From positions 124,001 to 188,000 of the forward strand of contig JAWLHK010000005.1 in the NCBI GenBank assembly GCA_041690355.1: DNA of 64,000 nt, in the 5' to 3' direction. A program made the position numbers and the translations under genes. The stretch comes from a bacterium (GTDB taxonomy: Bacteria; J088; JAWLBW01). The notes below the pieces were generated by a model. It searched no databases. It saw only the letters and a program-made list of their open reading frames with translations, and had not been told where the DNA came from. How positions within the stretch are numbered: the first letter of the stretch is position 1; each line of letters begins with the position of its first letter. Below, one piece after another: positions 48,275 through 56,225 of the stretch.

Positions 48275-49210
48275 GTGCGCGGACTGCGGGATCTGGTCGT
48301 CGACTTCGGCGGAACGAACATACGCGTGGCCCACATGGAAGGGGACCTGCTCGAGGATCTGCGCACCTACCCGTCACGCGCCGAGCTGGACTCCGACGGC
48401 TTGCGCGACCACTTCCTGGGCGTTCTCGAAGACTACATCACCGACGTCGGCCTGCGCATGCGGCTGGCGGCCATCAACATCGCCATCGCCGGCCAGATTG
48501 ACTGCTATGCGGGGCTCGTGCGCGCCAGTCCCAATCTCCCCTCGTGGCGTCAGGCGCCGCTGGCCGACTGGGTGCGTGACCGGTTCGCCGTCGACGTCTA
48601 CGTGGATAACGACGTGCGCGCCGCGGCCCTCGGCGAAATGAACGCGCTCGGGCTTCCCCAAGGCGGCGACATCGTCTGCCTGTACTGGGGCACGGGGATC
48701 GGCGGCGGAATCGTCGTCAGCGGCAAACTTCTCCGCGGCCTCTCGAACGCGGCCGCCGAGGTGGGGCACATGGTCTATGTGCCCGACGGCCGTCTGTGTA
48801 CCTGCGGCAAGCGCGGCTGCTTCGAGGCCTATGCGGGGGGCTGGGCGATCCAGTCGATTGCGCGCGAACGGGCGGCGCTCGAGCGGGATGCGGCCCTGCA
48901 CCCGACGGTGACGACGGCCGACGTCTTCCGCCTCGCCGACGAGAAGCACGTGGCCGCCGAGGCGATCCGCGACGACGCCACGCGGGCGCTGGGCATTCTG
49001 GCGTCGAACCTGGTGGTGCTCTTCAACCCGTCACGCCTGGTGCTCGGCGGCGGCATCACGGCGCATCATCCGCACATCCGCGACATCGTCGCCGAGTCGA
49101 TCGAGCGCAACGTGCTCACTGTCGACAAAGAGGGCCTTCAGGTAGTCCTGAGCACGCTCGGCGACAAAGGGGCCCTCCTCGGCGCGGCCTCGCTGCGCAA
49201 CCACCGCTGA
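48275..49210 (+). CDS. ROK family sugar kinase (glucokinase-like)
   Basis: DFGGTN, DNDVRAAALGE, GTGIGGG, EVGH, CTCGKRGCFE; GGGAGG RBS before GTG. Confidence 0.92.
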   Translation: MRGLRDLVVDFGGTNIRVAHMEGDLLEDLRTYPSRAELDSDGLRDHFLGVLEDYITDVGLRMRLAAINIAIAGQIDCYAGLVRASPNLPSWRQAPLADWVRDRFAVDVYVDNDVRAAALGEMNALGLPQGGDIVCLYWGTGIGGGIVVSGKLLRGLSNAAAEVGHMVYVPDGRLCTCGKRGCFEAYAGGWAIQSIARERAALERDAALHPTVTTADVFRLADEKHVAAEAIRDDATRALGILASNLVVLFNPSRLVLGGGITAHHPHIRDIVAESIERNVLTVDKEGLQVVLSTLGDKGALLGAASLRNHR

Positions 49211-49230
49211 GCGGTCATCAGAATGGGTCT

Positions 49231-49550
49231 TCGGACGTCTGACGTCGGACGTCGGCAAAGCAAGTACGTCAGAAAGGGCATTCCACGCGGAGGCGCGGAG
49301 ACGCGGGGAGGAAAAGAGCGGAACGGACCTTTGTCACCTACTCCAGATTCCACGAAGCATCGGGTAGAACCAAGCTTGTTCCTTGCTCGCATCCCCACAG
49401 AAAATGCCCTTGCTTCTCTCCGCGGCCTCCGCGCCTCCGCGTGAAACTGCTCTTCCGAGCCATGTGCACCATTTCGGTGCCCCCTTCGGGGAAACCGCTT
49501 GCAGCACTCGAGCACCGAGAAGGAGGGGGCCCGACGTCCGAAGTCCGATC
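49231..49550. repeat. Nested palindromic composite element (family B/C), copy 1
   Basis: Outer inverted TCGGACG/CCGACGT arrays; inner inverted ccacgcggag.cgcggagacgcgg / ctccgcgg.ctccgcg.ctccgcgtg arms; then a ggtgccccc.tcgggg.aaccgc module. Confidence 0.8.
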
Positions 49551-49620
49551 GGTTTGCCCGTGTGCGCCGCCTCCGTTACAATGGTCGATTCGGCTCGCAG
49601 CCGGTTTACGAGGAATACGT

Positions 49621-50025
49621 ATGGCCACGCAAACGAAACTCCGCATCCTTGTCGCCAAGCCCGGTCTCGACGGTCACGACCGCGGCGCCAAGATCGTCGC
49701 GCGCGCCCTCCGCGACGCCGGTCACGAAGTCATCTACACCGGTCTGCACCAGACCCCCGAACAGATCGTCAACGCCGCCGTGCAGGAAGACGTCGACGCC
49801 GTGAGTCTTTCGATTCTCTCGGGCGCGCACAACACGCTCTTCCCGCGCGTCATCGAGCTGCTCCAGGAAAAAGGGGCCGGTGACATCCCGGTCTTCGGCG
49901 GCGGCATCATTCCCGAAGAAGACATCCCCGGTCTGAAGTCCAAGGGGGTCCTCGAGATCTTCACGCCCGGCGCGCGTCTCGAAGACATCATTCAGTGGGT
50001 CGAAACGACCATCCGCCCGCACTGA
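49621..50025 (+). CDS. Methylmalonyl-CoA/acyl-CoA mutase cobalamin-binding subunit
   Basis: [31 protein letters not shown]. Confidence 0.95.
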   Translation: MATQTKLRILVAKPGLDGHDRGAKIVARALRDAGHEVIYTGLHQTPEQIVNAAVQEDVDAVSLSILSGAHNTLFPRVIELLQEKGAGDIPVFGGGIIPEEDIPGLKSKGVLEIFTPGARLEDIIQWVETTIRPH

Positions 50026-50033
50026 CGCGACCC

Positions 50034-50984
50034 ATGGGTTCTCCTCTCGCAGAAGGAGTCCTGAAGCAGGACGTCCGTGCCGCCGCGCGCCTCATGCGCC
50101 GGCTCGACGATCAGCAGCCCGACGCCGAACAGGCGCTGCGCGAGCTGTATCCGCACACCGGGCGCGCCTGGATCCTCGGCATCACCGGCAGCCCCGGCGC
50201 AGGGAAGAGCACGCTGACCTCGCGCCTCATCGGCAAGTTCCGCGAGCAGGGGAAAACGGTCGGCGTCGTCGCCATCGATCCCACCAGTCCCTTCAGCGGC
50301 GGGGCAATCCTCGGCGACCGCATCCGCATGCAGGCCTTCGAGGGTGACCCCGGCGTGTTCATCCGTTCCTGCGCCACCCGTGGCGCCATGGGCGGACTTT
50401 CGCGCAGCACGAGCAACGTCGTGCGCGTGCTCGACGCCTTCGGCAAGGACGTCATCATCATCGAGACCGTAGGCGTCGGCCAGGATGAAGTCGAGATCGT
50501 CAGCGCCGCCCACAGCACCATCGTCGTGACCGTGCCCGGCATGGGCGACGACATTCAGGCCATCAAGGCGGGCATCCTCGAAATCGCCGACGTCTTCGTC
50601 GTGAACAAGGCTGACCGCGACGGCGCCGATCGCACCGTGCGCGACCTGCAGATCATGCTCGAGATGAACCTGAACCACGACATTCCGTGGCGCCCGCCCA
50701 TCGTGAAGACCGTGGCGGCCAAGGGGGACGGCCTCGACGAACTCGTCGAAAAGCTCGAAGCGCACCATGCGTTCCTCCGGCAGTCGGATCGGATCGCGAA
50801 GTTCAACCGCGAGCGCATCCGCCGCGAGATGCTGGATGCTTTGCGCAGCCGTCTGCTCGATGCCGCCGCGGCCACGATTGACGCCGAAGGGGGCATGGAC
50901 AAGCTCATCGACGACGTCGACGGCGGCAAAGTCGATCCGTTCTCGCTCGCCGAAAGCCTGAGCGGGAAAATCCTCGCGAAATAG
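50034..50984 (+). CDS. meaB: Mutase-associated GTPase MeaB
   Basis: GITGSPGAGKST, DPTSPFSGGAILGDRIRM, ETVGVGQ, NKAD. Confidence 0.95.
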   Translation: MGSPLAEGVLKQDVRAAARLMRRLDDQQPDAEQALRELYPHTGRAWILGITGSPGAGKSTLTSRLIGKFREQGKTVGVVAIDPTSPFSGGAILGDRIRMQAFEGDPGVFIRSCATRGAMGGLSRSTSNVVRVLDAFGKDVIIIETVGVGQDEVEIVSAAHSTIVVTVPGMGDDIQAIKAGILEIADVFVVNKADRDGADRTVRDLQIMLEMNLNHDIPWRPPIVKTVAAKGDGLDELVEKLEAHHAFLRQSDRIAKFNRERIRREMLDALRSRLLDAAAATIDAEGGMDKLIDDVDGGKVDPFSLAESLSGKILAK

Positions 50985-51108
50985 CGCGAAGCGCTGAGCC
51001 GCTTCGCGAATACCCGATGGCCGATGATCAATGGTCAAGGGGCAGCAAGGACATCGACTCCCACGCCCTTGCGGGATTCGTCAATCGTAAATCGGCATTG
51101 GCCCTGAT

Positions 51109-51220
51109 CCGTTCGTGTCGAGCCGACGGCGGGCTGCAGCGCGGCCTGCGACGGCGAGACATGCGCACCCCTCGCTGTCCGACTCCGCCCTGCTCCGTCC
51201 TGTCAGCTCCGGACGAACGG
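51109..51220 (+). repeat. Hairpin element family A, full copy (112 bp)
   Basis: ccgttcgtgtcgagccgacgg...gacggcgag...ctcgctgtc...ctgtcagctccggacgaacgg. Confidence 0.9.
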
Positions 51221-51223
51221 TTC

Positions 51224-51280
51224 AAATCGTCAATCGTCAAATCGTAAATTGTCAATTGTCCTGACTCGTCACTCGTAACT
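51224..51280 (-). repeat. 7-mer arrays (ACGATTG and GAGTKAC types, reverse orientation)
   Basis: aaatcgt caatcgt caaatcgt aaattgt caattgt; gactcgt cactcgt aact. Confidence 0.8.
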
Positions 51281-51409
51281 CCCTAGCGTTCCCCCGCACT
51301 TAGCGCCGAAACCTTCAAGAACTGGATGCAATCCGGCGGGCGATCGGCTATAATGGCTGAGGGCTCGGTATCTGCGCCTTTCCGCGCGGATTCCTCCCCG
51401 GATTTACCC

Positions 51410-52243
51410 ATGCACGGCACCTGGTTCCATCGCTGGTCGGTTCGCTGGAAGCGCCGGATTCTCCTCGCGAGAACGGCCGTCCGCGACACGATTACGAACC
51501 TGCAGATGGGGAATCAGGTACAGCGCTCATCCACCGACTTCCGCCAGTGCGAGCGGCCGGTGCTGCTGCTCTACGGCTTCGGTTCGACCCGCCGCACCCT
51601 GCGCATCATCGAACTGCGCCTGCGACGCCGCATGCAGCGCTGCGTCTTCAGCCTCAACCTCGGCGGCTACCGCGACACGCTGAACACCGCGGGCATCCAG
51701 GGGCTCGCGCAGCTCGTCGACGCCAAGGTCGAACGCTTCTGCACGAAATACGGCGTGCGCGAAATCGACATCGTCGCCCACAGCAAGGGCGGGCTCATCG
51801 CGCGCTACTACGTCCAGAACCTTGGCGGCTCGAAACGCGTGCGCCACCTGGTCACCCTCGGCACCCCGCATCGCGGCACGTGGATGGCCCTCGCGGCCCT
51901 GCCCGTGCTCGGCTGGATCGCCCGGTCGCTCTGGTCGATGACGCCGCTGTCGCCGATGATCCGCAGCTTCCGCACGAACGAGTGGCCGGCCGATGTGGCC
52001 CTGCTCAGCCTCGCCTCCCGCGCTGACTGGGTGGCCGCGCCCGAACGCTGCCGCGTCGAAGAAACGCAGGGGACGAACATTGTGCTCGACCACGTGAGCC
52101 ACACGGCCCTGCTCTACTCGAAAGACGTCTTCGAGCAGATCGTGCTCGGCCTCCAGGCGCGCCCCGGCGCCCCCGCCCCGCGCCCGAGCCCCGACCCCGA
52201 TCCGGATGCATTTCCGGATGTGGCCGGGCAGGAAGCGGCCTGA
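51410..52243 (+). CDS. Alpha/beta hydrolase (lipase/esterase)
   Basis: PVLLLYG, IVAHSKGG nucleophile elbow, TLGTPHRGT, SHT; start uncertain (51353 or 51410). Confidence 0.85.
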   Translation: MHGTWFHRWSVRWKRRILLARTAVRDTITNLQMGNQVQRSSTDFRQCERPVLLLYGFGSTRRTLRIIELRLRRRMQRCVFSLNLGGYRDTLNTAGIQGLAQLVDAKVERFCTKYGVREIDIVAHSKGGLIARYYVQNLGGSKRVRHLVTLGTPHRGTWMALAALPVLGWIARSLWSMTPLSPMIRSFRTNEWPADVALLSLASRADWVAAPERCRVEETQGTNIVLDHVSHTALLYSKDVFEQIVLGLQARPGAPAPRPSPDPDPDAFPDVAGQEAA

Positions 52244-52250
52244 AGAGGTC

Positions 52251-52656
52251 GTCGGACGCCGGACGTCGGTTTTCAGCGAGTACAAAGCAAGGGCATCCCA
52301 CGCGGAGTCGCGGAGACGCGGAGAGGAAAAGACAGGCAAGTACCTGCTCCACCGGTTTGGAATTCCACGCCGCAACAGGCGGAACCGCGTTCGTCCTGTC
52401 TCGCATCCCCTTGAAAAAGCCCATTGCTTCGCTCCGCAGTCTCCGCGGCTCCGCGTGAAATCAGCCCTTCACATACCCTGAGTCCCATTCCGGTGCCCCC
52501 ATCGGGGGAACCGCATGCAGCACGCGGGCGCCGAGAAGGAGGGGGGTCTCCGCGGCTCCGCGTGAAATCAGCCCTTCACATACCCGAGTCCCATTCCGGT
52601 GCCCCCATCGGGGGAACCGCATGCAGCACGCGGGCGCCGTGGAGGAAAGGGGGGGG
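52251..52656. repeat. Nested palindromic composite element (family B/C), copy 2, with a 107-bp tandem duplication
   Basis: Same arms as 49231-49550; segment gtctccgcggctccgcgtgaaatcagccc...gcgggcgccg repeated at 52439 and 52546. Confidence 0.85.
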
Positions 52657-52659
52657 CCA

Positions 52660-52700
52660 CATACCATATTCATGGTACCCGCATACCATGTTCATGGTAT
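52660..52700. promoter_or_regulatory. Tandem palindromic operator-like sites (TACCAT-RTTC-ATGGTA x2, 22-bp period)
   Basis: cataccatattcatggtac at 52660-52678 and cataccatgttcatggtat at 52682-52700. Confidence 0.65.
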
Positions 52701-52747
52701 TCCTCCCGGCGATATTGCAGATACTTTGCACCGAAGTCACTTTTTTC

Positions 52748-52777
52748 TTGACCTGAATTTCCGATTCGTCCTATCAT
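52748..52777 (+). promoter_or_regulatory. Sigma70 promoter of the comM operon
   Basis: TTGACC-N18-TATCAT with an upstream T-tract. Confidence 0.6.
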
Positions 52778-52819
52778 CGGCAGCGCCAAGGGGGAACTTC
52801 CCCGCGGGAGGCACCGCCG

Positions 52820-54349
52820 ATGATCTCGAAAACCGTTGCCGCTGCCGTGCTCGGAATCGACGCCTACCTGGTCGAGGTCGAAACCGACATTGCCTTCGGC
52901 CTTCCGGCCTTCTCGACCGTCGGCCTCCCCGAAGGGGCCGTACGGGAGAGCAAGGAGCGGGTGCGCTCGGCCATCAAGAACGCCGGCTTCACCTTTCCCC
53001 AGCGCCACATCACCATCAACCTCGCGCCCGCCGACGTGAAGAAAGAGGGGGCCGCGTTCGACCTCCCCATCGCCGTCGGTATTCTCGCGGCCACCGGCGA
53101 GCTGATGCCCGAGTCCCTCACGCGGCACGTGATCCTGGGTGAACTTTCGCTGACCGGCGACGTGAAGAGCGTGCGCGGCGTGCTCCCCATCGCGGTTGCC
53201 GTGCGCGCCGCGGGGCTCACGCTCATCGTTCCGCACGAGAATGCAGCCGAGGCCGCCGTCGTCGAAGGGCTCGACGTCATCGGCGTACGCACCCTTGGCG
53301 AAGTCATCGATTACCTGCGCGGCGACCTGACGCTCGATCCGATCCGCGTGGACCGCGAGCGGCTGTTCACCGAAGGGTCGCAGTACGACGTGGATTTCTT
53401 CGACGTGAAAGGGCAGGAACACGCCAAGCGCGCCCTCGAGGTGGCCGCGGCGGGCGGGCACAACATCCTGCTCATCGGTCCCCCCGGGAGCGGCAAGACG
53501 ATGCTCGCGAAGCGGATTCCGACCATCCTCCCCTCCATGAGCTTCGACGAGGCGCTCGAGACCTCCAAGATCTATTCGGTCTCCGGACTACTCGGGACCT
53601 TCAACAGCCTGCTCGCCACCCGCCCCTTTCGCACGCCGCACCACAGCATCAGCGACGCCGGCCTGGTGGGGGGCGGCGGCATTCCCCGCCCCGGCGAAGT
53701 GAGCCTCGCGCACAACGGCGTCCTCTTCCTCGACGAGCTGCCGGAATTCAAGAAGCAGGTCCTCGAGGTCATGCGCCAGCCGCTCGAAGACGGCCAGGTG
53801 ACAATCAGCCGTGCCCTGATGAGCCTCTCGTACCCCGCGCGGTTCATGCTCGTCGCCGCCATGAACCCCTGCCCGTGCGGATTTCTCGACGACCCGCAGC
53901 ACACCTGCACGTGCACGCCGATCGCCATCCAGCGCTACCAGGCGCGCGTCAGTGGTCCGCTTCTGGACCGCATCGACATCCAGATCGAGGTGCCCGCCAT
54001 CCGCTTCCGCGAGCTGCACGAAGAGGCGGGCTGCGAAGACAGCGAGACCGTGCGGGCGCGGGTGCAGAAAGCGCGGCAGCTGCAGCGCGATCGCTACGGG
54101 CGTGAGCGACTGCACGCGAACGCCCAGATGGGCCCGCGCCACATCCGCCACTGGTGCAAGGTCGACGACGCCGGAGAACGCCTGCTCGAAATGGTCGTCG
54201 ACAAGCTCGGCATGAGCGCGCGCGGCTACAACCGGATCCTCAAGGTCGCGCGCACGATCGCCGACCTCGACGAGAGTCCGCACATTCTGTCCCACCATCT
54301 GAGCGAGGCCATCCAATACCGCTCGCTCGACCGGGCTTACGCGGCCTGA
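52820..54349 (+). CDS. comM: YifB/ComM family Mg-chelatase-like AAA+ ATPase
   Basis: ESKERVRSAI, NLAPAD.KKEG..FDLPIA, GPPGSGKTMLA, PGEVSLAHNGVLFLDE, AMNPCPCG, ARTIADL. Confidence 0.96.
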   Translation: MISKTVAAAVLGIDAYLVEVETDIAFGLPAFSTVGLPEGAVRESKERVRSAIKNAGFTFPQRHITINLAPADVKKEGAAFDLPIAVGILAATGELMPESLTRHVILGELSLTGDVKSVRGVLPIAVAVRAAGLTLIVPHENAAEAAVVEGLDVIGVRTLGEVIDYLRGDLTLDPIRVDRERLFTEGSQYDVDFFDVKGQEHAKRALEVAAAGGHNILLIGPPGSGKTMLAKRIPTILPSMSFDEALETSKIYSVSGLLGTFNSLLATRPFRTPHHSISDAGLVGGGGIPRPGEVSLAHNGVLFLDELPEFKKQVLEVMRQPLEDGQVTISRALMSLSYPARFMLVAAMNPCPCGFLDDPQHTCTCTPIAIQRYQARVSGPLLDRIDIQIEVPAIRFRELHEEAGCEDSETVRARVQKARQLQRDRYGRERLHANAQMGPRHIRHWCKVDDAGERLLEMVVDKLGMSARGYNRILKVARTIADLDESPHILSHHLSEAIQYRSLDRAYAA

Positions 54350-54363
54350 CCTGAGAGGTCCCC

Positions 54364-54858
54364 ATGCGCAACCACCGCCGAGTCGAAGCGTTCATCCTGC
54401 TGAGCCAACTGACGAACGAAGTGTTCGATGCGGTTCGCGCGCTCCCCGCCTGCGAACGTCCGGTCATGGGTCAGGGGATGCAGGCCGCCGTGACCGAAGC
54501 GGTCGCATCCATCGTGCGCGGCTGCGCGACGCGCAATTCGGGCACCTTCATTCCCTACCTTGAAGCCGCCCTGGGACACACCGAGATGCTCGGCGTTTTT
54601 CTTCGGCAATGCCGGCGCATGCGCCTGCTCGACGAGACGCCGCTCGACTTTCTCCTCCAGCGGCAGGAGACGGCCTCGCGCGTCGTGCAGCGGCTGCTTC
54701 AGCGTCAGGTCCTCAAGGTCGAACAGGCGCGCACCATCGGCGCCGAAGACGAGTTCGAGTGGCCCACCGACGACGACGAAGAAGAAGATCTTCGCGTCAA
54801 CGAAGAGCCCCCACGGCGGGGACGCGGCCGCCCGGCGCGCGGCTACCGGACGGCTTGA
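54364..54858 (+). CDS. Divergent four-helix-bundle (23S rRNA intervening-sequence protein-like) protein with an acidic/basic tail
   Basis: LP..ER....QG..AAV....ASIVRGC.TRN...F..YLE.ALG mirrors the family pattern FP.EE...L..Q.RRAA.SI..NIAEG..R....F..FL..A.GS. Confidence 0.6.
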   Translation: MRNHRRVEAFILLSQLTNEVFDAVRALPACERPVMGQGMQAAVTEAVASIVRGCATRNSGTFIPYLEAALGHTEMLGVFLRQCRRMRLLDETPLDFLLQRQETASRVVQRLLQRQVLKVEQARTIGAEDEFEWPTDDDEEEDLRVNEEPPRRGRGRPARGYRTA

Positions 54859-54905
54859 GACAGGCGGGGTATGAAACGACGGAACCGAGAGGAGGTGATG
54901 TACAA

Positions 54906-55091
54906 ATGATGGAAGTCTTCACGATCCAGAAAACCAAAGGGAAGAACGGCCAGGAAGGCAAGGACTACTGGACCAAGGTGGGCAATGCCTTCACGAACAA
55001 GGACGGCAGCATGAACGTCTACCTGACGGCCCTCCCCCTGGACGGTAAACTCCAGCTGCGCGAGCGCAAGGAGAAGGACGCGAAGGATTAA
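54906..55091 (+). CDS. Small basic beta-rich protein (61 aa), possibly ssDNA-binding
   Basis: GAGGAGGTG RBS; YWTKVGNAFTNKDGSMNVYLTALP..G.LQLR. Confidence 0.8.
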   Translation: MMEVFTIQKTKGKNGQEGKDYWTKVGNAFTNKDGSMNVYLTALPLDGKLQLRERKEKDAKD

Positions 55092-55118
55092 TATCCCTCA
55101 AGTCCCGCAGATGCGTGA

Positions 55119-55153
55119 AGCGGCGCCCCGCAGGGGGCGCCGTGTGTTGCCTG
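55119..55153 (+). repeat. 35-bp direct repeat, left copy (hairpin, possible terminator)
   Basis: agcggcgcccc-gcag-ggggcgccgtgtgttgcctg. Confidence 0.85.
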
Positions 55154-55222
55154 ACATCCATGGGCTCGCGAAGCATGCGGGGCATGACTTCGGGCGACGC
55201 GGATCTCTGCTATACTTCGGCT

Positions 55223-55537
55223 ATGAGTACTCCGACGAAAGAAGATGCGGCCCTGATGATCGCGAGCCTCCACGGCCAGATGGAGCCCTCGCTGGTCGCC
55301 GTCTACCTGCTTCGATCTTCACGGAAAGAAGAAGCCGATGAACCGATCAAACTGTTGGAGGTCAATCAAGTCGCCTTTGCGGGCGGCGTCATTCCGGTGC
55401 ATTTCGGCCCGGTCGGCGAAGTGCCCTATCCCTCCGTGATCATCGAGCTGACCCCCGAAGAGTTCGCGAGCCTTCAGGCAGGAGAACTATCTCTTCCCCA
55501 CGGGTGGCGGCTGGACCGGAAGCTTTTCGGGCGGTGA
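55223..55537 (+). CDS. Hypothetical protein, putative antitoxin partner of the downstream HEPN-like gene
   Basis: Extended -10 TGCTATACT 6 nt before ATG; EPIKLLEVN..P..FGP..PYPSVIIE.TPEEF; 4 bp from the next gene. Confidence 0.7.
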   Translation: MSTPTKEDAALMIASLHGQMEPSLVAVYLLRSSRKEEADEPIKLLEVNQVAFAGGVIPVHFGPVGEVPYPSVIIELTPEEFASLQAGELSLPHGWRLDRKLFGR

Positions 55538-55541
55538 GCCT

Positions 55542-56054
55542 GTGGACGCCGGCTATTCAAAGTGGCAGATAGCGTTTGCGCGGCAGGCGGCCTCCGAACT
55601 CCAGGTTTATCAAGTCCTGACGACCAACCCTGCAGTCCCGCATTCGCACCGACTACACTTCCTGCAGATGTCACTTGAGAAACTGGCGAAGAGCTACCTG
55701 TTCAGCCGAAGCATTCCTCCTGCAAGAAGTCACGGATACGTTGCCAAAGTCATCCCATTGGCGGCACGAGAGGCATGGAGGCAGAACCCTCGTCTGGCGG
55801 CGGTCAGAATCGATGAACTTCGACGCCTCTGTCGAGAAATTGACCTTCTGCACCCGTCCATCGATGATGATGGGAGACGGCCGGATAACTGCGAGTATCC
55901 CTGGGTCGCGTTCACTGGACAGCAGGCCGTTGTGGTCGCCCCGATAAACTGGAGCGTCCCTCTGTATCCGCGCCTTTTCAGCTCGTCGGGGATAGCGCTC
56001 TTGAAGGTATCTTCGTACCTGATGCAGCAGCTGCTACGAGAGAGAGCAACTTGA
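55542..56054 (+). CDS. HEPN-like domain protein
   Basis: AFARQA..EL, LHFLQMSLEKLAKSYL (QxxEKxxK), RSH, NCEYPW; lower-GC codon usage. Confidence 0.6.
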   Translation: MDAGYSKWQIAFARQAASELQVYQVLTTNPAVPHSHRLHFLQMSLEKLAKSYLFSRSIPPARSHGYVAKVIPLAAREAWRQNPRLAAVRIDELRRLCREIDLLHPSIDDDGRRPDNCEYPWVAFTGQQAVVVAPINWSVPLYPRLFSSSGIALLKVSSYLMQQLLRERAT

Positions 56055-56138
56055 GCAGGTTTTACCTGACCCCCGCAGACTCGTAGCGGCACAGATAAGG
56101 CCCAACCGGTAGCGGGTTGTCCTCCACGATCCCGTCGC

Positions 56139-56173
56139 AGCGGCGCCCCGCAAGGGGCGCCGTGTGTTGCCTG
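56139..56173 (+). repeat. 35-bp direct repeat, right copy
   Basis: agcggcgcccc-gcaa-ggggcgccgtgtgttgcctg; one mismatch to the left copy, in the loop. Confidence 0.85.
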
Positions 56174-56225
56174 CTTAAACCCGGAAAACGTAGACTCCGT
56201 CTGGTAAAGCCTCCGACCCTCGCGC

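Noticed and set aside
55119-56173. Integron cassette with attC sites
   Set aside because: The repeats lack RYYYAAC/GTTRRRY ends, are too short, and no integron integrase is present.
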